DNA of 63,720 nt, filler included, from Asterionella formosa (taxonomy: Eukaryota): NCBI GenBank assembly GCA_002256025.1. It is 27 parts of 27 records of this genome, joined end to end, with 100 filler letters (N's around TTAATTAATTAA, not from the genome) between each part and the next. Parts side by side here need not be neighbours in the genome. Positions count along the whole stretch, not along the records: positions 11,851 to 14,117 come from NKIB01000093.1; positions 14,218 to 16,484 come from NKIB01000095.1; positions 16,585 to 18,851 come from NKIB01000096.1; positions 18,952 to 21,217 come from NKIB01000097.1; positions 21,318 to 23,569 come from NKIB01000098.1; positions 23,670 to 25,934 come from NKIB01000099.1; 21 more parts are not named here. One strand, written 5' to 3'. Shown in pieces: positions 12,210-24,845 of this stretch. Position 1 is the first letter of the stretch. Each line of letters starts with the position of its first letter. The notes beneath the pieces are model-generated. The model was given only the letters and a program-made list of their open reading frames with translations, did no database searches and had not been told where the DNA came from. The position numbers were made by a program, and so were the translations under genes.

Positions 12210-13978
12210 ATAGACAAAGAATAGTAAATGGCTTGTGCCTCGATGAATTCCATTAACATAAAAAGTATTGTTTTGAGATACTACGTCTTCCTTAGCAACA
12301 TGAGTGTTGAAATTTTTGGTGCTTCTTCCTAGCATGCTCCAATACTGCCCTGGAATGATCAGTCAAGATCTTTCGTGCACTGCTCATTTGGATATTATTC
12401 TGCTATATAAATACTGTCTATTTTCAGTTTGACATTCCTCAGGCTACATCTAGTCTTTGGACACCTGTCAACATCAACAGCCTAACAGACACATTCTGAC
12501 AAAGGAGTACAGTCATTATTAGTATGTATATAGTCATGAGTCACACTAAGGTTGTGTGGGACGATGCATGAAGATATAATAAATAGGTTAAGGTAATGGG
12601 GTTCCCTTCACAGGGCTATTCACAACTGATTGTGTCAGTCAGTGGTAACAACTATTCTATCTTCCTTCATAGGTATCAAGTGCAGATGGTGATGTGGTAC
12701 AAAACAGGAGAGAATAATTCTCTATCAAATTTCTCCGCTGAACCCAATCTCATTTTGCTGGAGCCTGTTCCAAAAAGAAATCTTCTGTCCCTCATCCCAC
12801 ATCTTTTCGACTGCAGCACAAAGTTGGACCAAATCAAGGACATTGTAAACATCTTATGAATAGTCATTTCTAGTATCTCTCATCCAGTAATTACTGCTTG
12901 TAGAAGGGAACAAAACAGTCGTCTTGTGCTTCATGGAGTAATGGCAATGGTTCTTCTTGTACTGCTCATTGTCTGCCAAAGCTTCCCCATTGCTCCTGCT
13001 GCTGTTTCTAGACCACTGGAAGAAGCTGATGAAGAAGACATCTTCATCTAGGTCCCTTTCCCTCTTTACCTGAAATTCAGGGTAGTGCCCAATATCAGAC
13101 ATGGAGTGGCAATGAGACACATGAAGTCTTTGCAACACGGGTTTTGATTGTACAGACAATCCTTCTTGCTTCAGTTGCACCGACTTTGCCTTGTTTTGCT
13201 CTTGAACGTTCTGGTTATCATTGACTTGATTTGGCTGATATTTACAAATTAAACCATTTTTGTGCACTCATTTGATAACCTAATTTCAACAAAAGCAGGC
13301 CTCTGGATTGTTGAACAATAGGAGATATTGTCCTCCAGCAATCAAACATTCTGCTTTTTGCTCCAATTAGGCAATCTAGAACCTACAGGACAAACTGACC
13401 TTTGCTGCTGGGTTTGAACGTTTCTCTGAACAACCTTGAAAATCTGGTACTAGTAACTATAATAATCCATTAATAAGAATGAATACAACCATAATACTAC
13501 CTGGTACTACATGATGTACATACAGACTACCCCAGTCCTTATTACTTAATAATTTTCAAGCATAAATTTACATGTAATATATGTGTATATTACTGGGATA
13601 TACCGGTAATAGGCAGCCAAGGAAGCAAAAATTAGGGGGAGAAAAATTACAAAGAGTAAGGGTTCAAAAGAACCCGGTTGATTCTGCACGGTAATTTTAA
13701 ATATAAAAAGTCTGTCAACAGCAATCAACATCATGCCTTTTGGCATTTCGATCATGTACCCGGTATACCATCACCTACTAATCCGTACCTGGTACCTGGT
13801 TGTCTACATGTACTAAAATATTCCAGGTTCTTCATAATGATTCTGATGGACGATGATGAATATAAGATACCGGTATGAAGGGAATCACCATAGGATAATA
13901 TAGTAAGGAACAGCATACCCCCCTTTCCCCTCATCGACTTCCATTGCTCAAGAACCGCAACATTAATAGCAGAGCATC

Positions 13979-14117
13979 ATGAGATTCGACTTGGATGGGC
14001 TGGATGTGTTCTTTCCTTTCGATCGTATCTACTTGGAACAGCATCAATACATGCGTTCCTTGAAGCAATCGTTGGATGCTGGCGGCCACTGTTTGCTTGA
14101 AATGCCCACAGGGACAG
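13979..14117 (+). CDS. ERCC2: TFIIH helicase subunit XPD/Rad3, 5' fragment
   Basis: [25 protein letters not shown]...[11 protein letters not shown](GKT) is the characteristic XPD N-terminus leading into Walker A; cut by the linker. Confidence 0.93.
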
Positions 14118-14399
14118 NNNNNNNNNNNNNNNNNNNNNNNNNNNNNNNNNNNNNNNNNNNNTTAATTAATTAANNNNNNNNNNNNNNNNNNNNNNNNNNN
14201 NNNNNNNNNNNNNNNNNAGGACTAGTGCTCGCCTATCCTTTTCTTGTCGTGTTTATAATACCGGGACTCAATATATTCCTCATTGACAGTATTTTTAAAC
14301 GAAAATGTGAATAAGATTTTGCATCGATATATAGTGTATAATAAATACATGGTAGATGGCGTTAAAGGAGTGTTAGAAATCAACGAATACACTCCTCTT

Positions 14400-16484
14400 G
14401 TGGTTTTGTGGTTACCATAGATGCGATATTCCTTGACTTGTTGGGCTGAAAAATGAGCATTGATTTTGGCTGGGCATCCGAATGTAAGAATGCGGGCTAT
14501 GTGTTGGTATGTGGGTTCATCAACTATTCCCTTCAGTCGAGGCAACATGATAGTTGGGCTGCAATAGGGGAGTCCAAGAAGGGTTCCTCCAACATATCGA
14601 ATACATGCAGCAATGTCACCACTAAAGTGAAGAAGGAGTGCTGACCTCATTTTGGTGCAATGAGGTGGTGGAATGGCTTGTTGGGTGGTCCAGTTAGGGT
14701 CACGGGTTTGGAGTGGGCTAAAATCCACTGTGGATAATTCGACAAGAATTTTTCGGCAGAGGTGTTTGACTCTGGGGTCCATGGACCAGAGGGCTTCATA
14801 GTCATCATTTTTCAGGTAATTGCACCTGTTCATAATCACAATCAATAGGGTCAAGTAAAGCAATTGTTGGCGTTGTTGTAACTGAAACATTTTTTGTGTT
14901 CTTACCGAAGGGTTGTGAGACAGCAAGTTGTGCTGCTATTGGGATACTTGATCTTGTAACATACTAGGCTGCTTTTATGCTTGCATTGACTTGGCTCCCT
15001 GTGAAGGGAGTTGAGGTTGTTCGATGTATTGGTTTCTGGGGTCCTGTGGAATCCATCTTGAATGATCTATTTTGTATGCAACTAGTTTGCCCATGGTCCA
15101 CGGTGAATGAGTTATTATTACATTGTGAGGGTTTGTAGAATTGGAAGAGCCTTGTTTTTGGTGTTGTGGCATATTATTTGTGAGTTCTACAAATAAGATC
15201 ATGGTGTGTTCTATGTGTAACTGTTTATCTAGCTTACTCACATCTGTTGGATCCAGTCCATTATTTACTTTTTGGTGTCTCCCACCCAACAAGTGATGGT
15301 GGAGTCATTGTCAACCCAACAGAGGAATTTTTTGGATTTGGCTATGGTGCCAATTTCGGATGGTTTGGTGGGGTGATGGTATAGGCATTTCGGTTGGTGG
15401 CATACTTGGTGCTCAGTAATGTGTGCAAAACACACAATATCTTTTACATCATTTGATCCTGGGAATACCAAAGGATTATGGTCCCGTACTTTCCAATCAG
15501 CCGGAACTGCGTGGACTAAACTGATGTAAGTTACTACTGTGGAGATGGGATTTTCAGCTCTTGGTTTCTTTGTTTGTGTGGGAATGTTTTTGTCGACATC
15601 TTTGTCAGTTAACTTTTGTCGATCTGTGGTTCTTTGTTTGTTTGTTTGTTTGTTTGCTGGTCATAACTCTGGAGAGACTTTTCGGAAGCTCTAGAGCTTG
15701 TTTTGTTTTGTTGTGTGTGGGGCTTTGTCCTTTGAAAAGCCTGTTGCATAACAATGAGTTAAAAGTTGGTGCACTGCATTTTATGTCTGCGTTGATATTG
15801 TTCACTGTGCGACAACTGTTGTAAAAATCATCGAAGGCAGGGTGGTTGTCATAAATGGGTTGACCATGAAGAATAGCGTGACGGATTTCTGGGTTGTAGC
15901 TGATGTCTGCAACAGCTGCAACTCCCAAGGTACAGCTTTGGGTATGGCTTGAAAGCTGGTGTGTCTGGGGGCACCGGCGGTAACATGGTAAGTCGTATTG
16001 ACCAAGCTTGACAAAATGTTTATCAATGCAGACACCTATGAGTTTGGAATTGTTGAAGGTGTTCTGCTGGAAAGTTTTCGGAGTAAGATTAAGAAGTTTA
16101 TCAATGTTTTTGAAACTGATTCGATGGAGTTGTCTCCTAAATTTGTGTATTGAATGTTTGTGGTTGACTTTGTTTGGTGGTGATCGGCTTCGTTTGCTTG
16201 TTCATCCAAAGTGAGCTTTGTTTGGTGTTCCATTAGTTTTTGGTAACCTGCTGTGTGATCTGCATGAGGGCATGCCATGTGGTATAGTGTCATTGGATCG
16301 TTGTGGACGTCTTTGGGTGATCGTGCTTGTACTAACTCATCTAAAGTTGCAAGTGAGCAGGCTGTCAGTTTACCCACCGTGGTGTTGCTTATAGCATGGA
16401 TTGCGAGTTTGGCAATTCGCCAGGGACTCGTTAGGTCGGCTCCTGCGCTCTGGAGGGACCTTGTTGTTTGAGAAAGGAGACGTC
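14400..16484 (-). mobile_element. Decayed retroelement ORF remnants, probably DIRS/Ngaro-like (pre-RT region)
   Basis: Chain of broken minus-strand ORFs. LLHFSGDIAACIRYVGG...RILTFGCPA...YGNH resembles, from recollection only, the segment preceding RT in stramenopile YR-retrotransposons. No catalytic motif is present. Confidence 0.4.
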
Positions 16485-16586
16485 NNNNNNNNNNNNNNNN
16501 NNNNNNNNNNNNNNNNNNNNNNNNNNNNTTAATTAATTAANNNNNNNNNNNNNNNNNNNNNNNNNNNNNNNNNNNNNNNNNNNNGA

Positions 16587-18776
16587 CTTGAACGTAACAT
16601 TGAGAAGATTGACCTCTTACGCGCTAAGAAATATGGCATGGAGGAGAAGTCACGGTATGGACGTATCAAGTATACCTATGGCGGAATAGTGTTCATATAT
16701 GACCCAGTTGAAGGCAAGGAGATTACGACATTCCCATCCAACGATGGGGCTTCGGATAAAACTGGAACAAAGTGCATAAAACCTATCATATTGCCAAAGA
16801 ACAAAGCCTATGAGAATGCCAAACACATTCAACGACATGAGATGGTGAAATCAATTATTAGAAATGACAAGACGAAGTGGAAAAGCCATTCAGTTTTTGT
16901 GGTTGACATGAGTGGAAGTATGAGACGAGATGACGTGAGCGGAGCCAAATGCCGTTCAGACGGGGTTTGGATGGTCTTGGCTAGAGACTTTGTCAAGAAA
17001 CAGCTTGAGGACAATGCTGCATCGGAATTCGACGTCGTCAGCGTTATTCTAATGAAAGAAACTGCCGAACTAGTCCTGAAATGCGAACCTACAGATTGGA
17101 TATTGTACAATGCACTTATCGACGTGCGAGAATGGAGTACATGTCGTCCTAGCGGACACGGCTACTATCTCCCTGCATTAGACATGGCTGAAAAAGTATT
17201 AGCTATCAACAACCTTGGGACTTGTGCACTATCTCTCGTATTTTTCTCTGATGGGAAGCCCTCGGACCAAGGACCATTTGCGGAGAAAATGGGCGAGATT
17301 GCTTCCAGGTATCGGCGTCGCCTCACTTTTTCGTGTATTGGGATGGCGGAGGGTACGGACGAGGAGGCCTTCCGGGCACTCAACGACATGGTGACGGAAG
17401 CTGAAGCATTTGGTGCAAAAAGTTCCTTCACTTTGCCATCACTCGATACTGAATCTTTATCACATATCATTAGCAGTATGGCATCATCCTTGACTGCCAC
17501 AAAGACCGAAATGACGGACTTGGCAACCGGGGAAACCCGAGTAGTCCGCCTCGATGTCAGAAGCGAACGGCAGGGGACTGCAGATGACTTGCATCCTACT
17601 GATACATGGCGTGTGTACAACAAGGCCTCTCTTTTCGTTGTCAGAATCTGGAGTTGGTCGTCAGAGAAGGACTCCTTTGTTCGCATAAGAGATCCACGAT
17701 GCACATTGTGCTCAAGGGATTGTATTCAGCAAGCTAGAATTCATGGCAAATGGTGTCCAAATTGCAAAGTCATTGCCATTTGTGAGGAGTGTGCAAAAAC
17801 TAAGGGAGCTCCGCATGTGGGTTCCAAGGTATGCCAGCTTTGGTTGAAGGCGTATCAAATCGGGAAAGTAGTTGCCCGAGATGTTCCGTCTTTTACCGTT
17901 GCAGTGAAGAAACTGATTTTCGGTGAGGGCGCAGAACGAGTTGTTCGGAAGTTTCGATACCTGGACCAAAACGGGAACTTCTTTGGTCCTAAGATGGTAG
18001 CTAAGGAATCCAGATTCATTGATCCTGTCCAGGGCTCCTACAAAGAGAAGAAGGCATTCCATGAAAGTTTCATGAGAACTCAGGCACTGGCATCCAAATT
18101 TGCATCCATGTTCAACGAAGCCTTGGATTCCCTTCATGTCCACTTTCGCGTTCGTGATATTGAGTTTCTAAAGAAGCTCCCTAGAATCGAGTTTGTAGAA
18201 CCCATGGTAGTCGAAGTGCGAGAAAATCAAGAGGAATCGAACATTTTGATTGAGCGCTTCATCGAAGGAAAGTACGAGAAGTTCAACAACAATATGGGGT
18301 TTGTTAAAGGTCAAAAACAACAAGATTCCTCCCAGGGAAAAGTCGACCAACTTGCTGAAACCTTCAACAATTTCGGTTTGGATGATCTTGGAGTGATCGA
18401 AGAAGGAAGCGAGGATGAATCCGACGATGAGCTAATTGATCACAAAGTGACTCAACCTGACTCTGGCGAGTACCACGATATCCAAGACGACATGTTCCCA
18501 CAAGCATTTAGCCATTATTCCTTTGAAAAGAGCAAAATGAGTTTAATGGTAGTTGATCTTCAAGGTGTGTTCCAGAAGAAGAGCGACGGCACTCGGAAGT
18601 ATGTATTGACAGATCCAGCAATTCACAAAAAGGGAAAACTGAAGCGTCACCGTCTTGAGTTCGGTCGAACTAACAAAGGCACGGCAGGTATGAAGGCGTT
18701 CTTTGATACCCACGAATGCACTGACGCTTGCCGGTTACTTGGCCTACGAAAGGTTAACCCGAAGAGATTCATGTAA
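16587..18776 (+). CDS. vWA domain + Cys/His zinc finger + alpha-kinase (eEF2K/MHCK family), 5'-partial
   Basis: MIDAS VVDMSGSM and FFSDG; alpha-kinase motifs FGEGAER, VAKE, IE..I.G.Y.KFNNN, PQAFSHYS, VVDLQG, LTDPAIH, FG.TN.G and H.C...C..LGL. Frame is open back to the contig start. Confidence 0.95.
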   Translation, partial: LERNIEKIDLLRAKKYGMEEKSRYGRIKYTYGGIVFIYDPVEGKEITTFPSNDGASDKTGTKCIKPIILPKNKAYENAKHIQRHEMVKSIIRNDKTKWKSHSVFVVDMSGSMRRDDVSGAKCRSDGVWMVLARDFVKKQLEDNAASEFDVVSVILMKETAELVLKCEPTDWILYNALIDVREWSTCRPSGHGYYLPALDMAEKVLAINNLGTCALSLVFFSDGKPSDQGPFAEKMGEIASRYRRRLTFSCIGMAEGTDEEAFRALNDMVTEAEAFGAKSSFTLPSLDTESLSHIISSMASSLTATKTEMTDLATGETRVVRLDVRSERQGTADDLHPTDTWRVYNKASLFVVRIWSWSSEKDSFVRIRDPRCTLCSRDCIQQARIHGKWCPNCKVIAICEECAKTKGAPHVGSKVCQLWLKAYQIGKVVARDVPSFTVAVKKLIFGEGAERVVRKFRYLDQNGNFFGPKMVAKESRFIDPVQGSYKEKKAFHESFMRTQALASKFASMFNEALDSLHVHFRVRDIEFLKKLPRIEFVEPMVVEVRENQEESNILIERFIEGKYEKFNNNMGFVKGQKQQDSSQGKVDQLAETFNNFGLDDLGVIEEGSEDESDDELIDHKVTQPDSGEYHDIQDDMFPQAFSHYSFEKSKMSLMVVDLQGVFQKKSDGTRKYVLTDPAIHKKGKLKRHRLEFGRTNKGTAGMKAFFDTHECTDACRLLGLRKVNPKRFM

Positions 18777-21682
18777 ATGGAGTGGTGTTTTGCAGTCACT
18801 CGTTCCTTGTTAGAATTTGGACACTGGGTGGGAGTGCTGTGGTCCTTGGCANNNNNNNNNNNNNNNNNNNNNNNNNNNNNNNNNNNNNNNNNNNNTTAAT
18901 TAATTAANNNNNNNNNNNNNNNNNNNNNNNNNNNNNNNNNNNNNNNNNNNNAGGGTGCCAGTAGCATGATGATGACTTGCACCACCCAAGCCGGTTTGTT
19001 GCAACAAACAGAAAGCCATGGTTGTTCTTGGTAATGAAAGCAATACAACTAATAGTACTGTTGCGAATCAAGGAGCAGCAGATGCTTTGATTATTAACAC
19101 AAAAAGTCTATATTTTTTAATTTAATTTCCATGAATATACATTGTGGAGAGTTTGTCCTCCTGAAGAATGGTGACATTGGAAGATTGTTGGATGTGGACA
19201 CCTCATGGGACAGATACATTTTCTTTTCCAAGTGACTCCTTCCACTAGTACAGCAATACCAAATGGTTCTAGTCTCTGAACATGTTGCTGGTTCCAAGTT
19301 CATCACAATAAACCAAGACTCCATTGCCAAACTTTGCTTCCTCGTTCATGTCTTCTAAATAATTTCACATAATTGCATTTCTCCAAATGGAATTGTTAAC
19401 AACACCCACTTCAGGAAGTTTATGAAAGAATATGGATAGTTAGAGAACATCCCAGCAATGACAATCAACAACTACAATAACTCGGAAGATTACGACAACT
19501 TTGACACCAGTCTCAATGATGTACTAACCTTCTCCTCGCTCCACCAAAGCTCAATCCTCCGAACTGATTTTTCTCTATCCGAGCTCTACCATTAGATTGG
19601 ATGGAGTAGTGGTAGGCAAGAAGGCAGGTTGGGATCACATGCGTTGACGCACGATTTGCGTTTTTTGTTGCGGCTGCTGGGCTGATTGATGATGATGGTG
19701 CGATGCTATGGTGTTACTCGCCCAAATAAGCGATCACACAAACAACAGGTATCTACCCAACTATCTGTTCATGTGGTATACTCCTACAATCAACTAGCTA
19801 CCGTATACGTCATTGTCCTGGAACCCCCCTATGGTTGCTGGACCCCCCTGTGCTTTTTTTCTCGAGATGGAACCAAACACCCAGCAATCATCTTGTCATA
19901 GACAATGTATCGTGCTATAATTCTTTTTGTCCTCGTAGGCACTATTATATAATTAATTAGCTGTCATGTTGCGATTCATTTGTACATACAAAACACAAGA
20001 GAAGACAGCAGCTTGAAAATCCTTCATCATGTTATTGCAACCTTGACCATGACGAAAATGCGAATTTTCTCCACGAAAATTGAAAACAATGATTTAATAC
20101 GACTTGCTACCTGTATTAAGAACGACTTGGAAAATACAATCGTAAAACAAGTAAAGTAATAACACTAATAACGACAACGAAAATTTGAAGACTTAAATTA
20201 ACGACAGTGGAAGCGACTACCGGTATATATATATGATGCCAAGACAAATGTCGTGCTATGGTAGACTATGAAGCTGCGTTTTGCTGAGGCTCTTGGTGAC
20301 AATAATGTTGTTGCTGCTTTCGTTTATTCACCCCATCTTCCCTTGATGATTCATTGCTTCTTTCGAAAGGAAATTTTCTATCTGATAGGGTGCTACAGAG
20401 GGTTTACAAGGTAGTAGAAACCAGCAGTGAAAGGATCATGGTTACTTGCCAGGCAGAAATAGCCAGAGGGGTTTTACATGACCTTTATTCAATTTTTTTG
20501 CGTCACCTGCATTCCCACCATGATTTGTGTTATTCATCTAGACCCCGCTCTTTAACTTTTGATTGACGCTTTCCCATCCTTGATTGCTATTCTTGTATAG
20601 ATTTCCGAACTGCTTGACATAGTAGACCAGGTGCCCAGACCCAGCAATCATATGAATAAAATTCGTCACATGCCTTGTTCCTGTTCAATTAACCCATTTT
20701 TCCATGAAACTGCTGCACAGATCATGTAATTTCTCTGTCTCATCATCGGAAAAGACTTCTTCTGCCTTGTTTGCTGGCAGCTCTTATTAGATCCCGATAA
20801 ACCCAAATCATTTTCAACCACTTCGCCTCTAGCCGCGAATTTTCCATCCGACATTCTGGCTGATTGTTTTGATCCAGCATCGGACTAGACACAGTCCTGA
20901 TCACACAATTTAAGCCACAAACATACTTCCTTAACCTTGGATTCTTGGTCAGGTTATCCTTCTCCACACTCTTCTTGTCTTGGGAGAGAGGGAAAAAGCG
21001 CCATTGTGATGGATTGTTGGTAATTGTGGCTGCCCAAAACCTCCTTGTGCATAATTTCTAATATCGCCTGTATAGAATTAATTTACCAATGGTAAAAGTT
21101 GAAATTGGCAGTCACCATGGCTTCCACTGGGTTTGATATTGAGTAGGTAGTATGGCTGATGGAGGAGGTGGAGGGCAGATGCATACATATGTTTTAGCAA
21201 GTCTTTTGGAACCTTGANNNNNNNNNNNNNNNNNNNNNNNNNNNNNNNNNNNNNNNNNNNNTTAATTAATTAANNNNNNNNNNNNNNNNNNNNNNNNNNN
21301 NNNNNNNNNNNNNNNNNTCGGAAGACCGATAGTTTGAAATGAATGATCATGGTTAAATACCTATGATCAGTAAGTGTGAGATAGACATGGGTCTATCTAT
21401 GATTGTATGTTCCTAGAAATGCAAACAGCATTTGGAGAATAGTTCGTTTGTTTTGTTCAAACAGAACAACCTAAACTAGATTAGTAAACTCACAATAAGA
21501 ATATAGAAACGGAAAGAGAAACGAACGTCTCTATCTATAGTCTTCTTTGTCTAACGATATAGATCTATACAAAAGGTAATACTTTAACACCCTGGTACCA
21601 GGTACCGGTATATGGTGATGTCGAGGTGCTCAGGTAAATCTGGACCGGTAAATACATGGTACATTCGTCCTGGAGTACATTC

Positions 21683-22097
21683 TGTTGAAAAAATTCGAGC
21701 TGACTGCCACAGGACAGGCGTGAAGGGTATAGTAGACACGAGAGAGTACAGTACTACAGTTAAAACCGTACAGCCGCTACCAAGAGTTACCTGGGCTGAC
21801 GTGGTAAAAGGCACCACGCAAGGAAAAGCAATCAGAGGTCAAGAAAAAATGTTAAAATGCAGTGTGAGTAATAAGAGTGTTTCGAGACCATTATCTCGAA
21901 ACAATCCAGTTAGTAAAGTGAAAGTTTAAGTTTGACAACTTCTTCGTTGCTATCAATTTCATCAACTGCATTCGATTAACACAGTACTAGGTTCAAGGCC
22001 TACGATACGGTCGACTACGGTAGTTGTTACAACATTGTTTCGAGATAAAATAAAACAAAAGGAACAGCCATTCACATGGAAGGCTGGAGTTTCAACA
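21683..22097 (+). repeat. 5' LTR of copia element (415 bp)
   Basis: Bounded by the perfect 8-bp inverted termini TGTTGAAA...TTTCAACA; lies 90 bp upstream of the gag ATG. Confidence 0.8.
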
Positions 22098-22187
22098 TTT
22101 TAATCTAATCAAGTTTTTTGAACACTTTATAGATTCGAGTAGCGCAGCTGAAGGCTGCAGCCACCAATCAAGGAACCAACAAACCCC

Positions 22188-23569
22188 ATGAGCGCCACCC
22201 CAGACGCAACGACAAGCAGCAGCTTAGCGAGTGGACGCGGCAGCACCGGTGGGAGAGGGCGAAGGGACAACCGTCCGCGCGGGAGCCGTGGCGGCCGGGC
22301 AAGGACACAAGCGACAAGCAACAACCGTGGCATTTTTGGGCATGAACGGAAACGTATTTGAATGCTATGAAGAACAAAGCGACAGACGCCAGTACGCCAA
22401 AACGTTAGAAGTTCTAGACGGATATGTGAGGAAAACACTGAAGTACTCTGAAGACCTTGCCCCTTTGTTTGCCGACACCATGGCGGTTCCCATGGTAGAC
22501 ATGCCAGATGACCTAGATGACGATGCAGGACTGACCATGAAAATGATTTTCGCAGAAGAAGTAAAAACGTATGTCAAGCGCAATCATACCCTGAAGAGCA
22601 ACCTAGCAACAGTGTATGCGGTGATTTGGGGCCAGTGTAGTGATGACATGAAGGCAAAGATCAAAACGCACGATGACTACAAGGACAAGACTGTCAACAA
22701 CGATTGTTTTTGGCTTCTAAAACAGATCAAGTCAATTACTCTACAGTTCGATCAGAGCAGGAATGGTTTCATTGCACTTTTGGACGCCCAGACCAGCTTC
22801 CTCAATTGTCGTCAGTTACAAGGACAGTCTGCAGAAGACTACGTCGAGTGTTTGCGAGGATGGGCTGAGACCATCGAGTACCATGGTGGCACCGTGGCAG
22901 CAAATTACAAACTGGTACCCTTCCAGGATCAGGACGGGAATGGGCGTAGCACTGAAGAGCGAAAGGAGATCGCACGCGAACGCACCCTTGCAATCGCTTT
23001 GATTCGAAGTGCTGACCCCACCAGGTATGGCACCCTCATTACTGACCTGTCGAACCAGTATGCAATGGGAATTGATCAGTACCCCACCGATTTATTGTCA
23101 GCCCAAAGCCTTCTCGTCAACTACAGAACTCCAACGAACACCAGCGTCAGGACAGACACACCACGCTCCCAGCCGACTGGAAGCCCTGAGGCCAGTGCAA
23201 TGACGTTTGCGCAACGTGGCGAAATCGCAGGAAACAATGGAGTGTTACATGATGGCATCATCTGTTACAACTGCCAGAGCCTAGGACACTACGCGGGAGA
23301 CTGCCCTGACAGGCAGGGATCGACGACCTCAGGCACTACATTGACGCAGTATGCATACATGCTTGCACAGACCGGCGACCCTGGGATTGATCCCAAGTGG
23401 ATCCTTCTCGACTCGCAGTCGACAATCTCCGTGTTCAAGAATGCCGACATGCTCAGCAACATCCGGCGTAGCCCTTACGTACTCAGGGCGCTCACAAATG
23501 GGGGCTACCAGGACTCCAACATGGTAGGAGATTTTCCCAATTTGGGTAAGGTTTGGTACAACCGTGAAT
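22188..23569 (+). mobile_element. Ty1/copia (CoDi-like) gag-protease, frameshifted near 5' end, 3'-partial
   Basis: ATG at 22188 begins an RG-rich leader that shifts frame near 22335 into MNGNVFEC...IWGQCS. Zn knuckle CYNCQSLGHYAGDC and protease WILLDSQST follow. Confidence 0.92.
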
Positions 23570-24084
23570 NNNNNNNNNNNNNNNNNNNNNNNNNNNNNNN
23601 NNNNNNNNNNNNNTTAATTAATTAANNNNNNNNNNNNNNNNNNNNNNNNNNNNNNNNNNNNNNNNNNNNTGCATCCTCACAAGCATTGAAGGGAGGCAGG
23701 AGGCATGCATCAAGAGCATTGAGACAAGAATAGAAAAGGGGAACATTGGCTGTTTAACCACACAAAATGTAGAAACATAAAAATGATTTCGTGATACAAC
23801 AGTAAAATTACAATCCATTTCAACCTATTTTTAACTGCTATTTCGATTAGAGTTACCATCATATAAGGCAGGATAGGTATATGATAAAAGAATATACATC
23901 ATTGGATAATGTTTTGATAATTATATGGTAATTTGATTATTATGAGTAAGCTTAACCTGTTCACTTTCATAGTGTGCATTTATCATACATATATCGAAAT
24001 ATGTATCATGCACAGAAAAATTCTGTGCCAGTTATCGTATGATACCCCTGATCTTAAAAGTACGATATTTTTTATTTGCAGACG

Positions 24085-24454
24085 AACCCGCCGGGTCGTA
24101 TACATGACATAGAGTCGTCGATAGGAGTATGGGTTGTAGTACTTGCATATGCACATTAAGCAATGTAGAATCTAAATATATATTACGTTATTTGTATATG
24201 TCGAACGGATTCAATGCATAGCATATAAAATCGTCAATCGGATTATAGAGTGTCCATGCATACATGTTGATCGTATTTTTAGCGTATATATACATTCAGC
24301 GACTTAGAGTGTAAATATATATATATATTTAGCGATTTCGAAAAGGAATCTATGTACGTATTCGCAAATTTCCACTGATTTAAAATTTTCAAATGGAATC
24401 ACGTCATTCAAAATTAGCTAATTAAATTCTTAATTCCAGGGAATTTTGGCAACC
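24085..24454 (+). repeat. Diverged relative of the interior of the 60152-61361 element
   Basis: Alignable by eye to 61080-61317 (CCGCCGGGTC; ACATTCAGCGA; GGAATCTAT; CGCAAATTTCCACT; TTCCAGGGAATTT.GGCAACC). Confidence 0.75.
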
Positions 24455-24462
24455 TTATAAAA

Positions 24463-24845
24463 GGCCGTTGCTAACAGTGGACTAAAACGCAAACCAAATA
24501 GTGTTTTGGTTTCGGTAACCCTAAAAAACGATGCTATCGGGAGTGAAAAACCCAATGCAAACGCATTACGTTTAGGGGATTCCGTGCCCATATCCCAATA
24601 AGTTACCCAAACGCATTACGTTTAGGTTTTTTTCCCAAAGTTACCTAAACGTAGGATTCCATATTGACTACTTTGAATGTAGTCACTAGAAACCCAATTA
24701 ATATCATCACAGAATCACTACGTATAGGACGCATCATGTGCCGGTACTACCGGTATATCATATCTATATACAACAATAGCTATACTAAGGTACCGGTACT
24801 CTGGTACCAGGGTACCATACCACACTGGCAAGAACAACAACAAAT
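24463..24845 (+). mobile_element. Dispersed repeat, putative DNA-transposon end starting GGC(C/T)GTTGCTAAC (copy 1)
   Basis: Near-identical to 51118-51487 with the same sharp 5' boundary; internal repeat CAAACGCATTACGTTTAGG occurs twice. Confidence 0.8.

Noticed and set aside
18952..21217. Short ORFs on this contig and on 2372-4642 and 61466-63720
   Set aside because: Short, no motifs, consistent with chance ORFs or unassignable decayed repeats.
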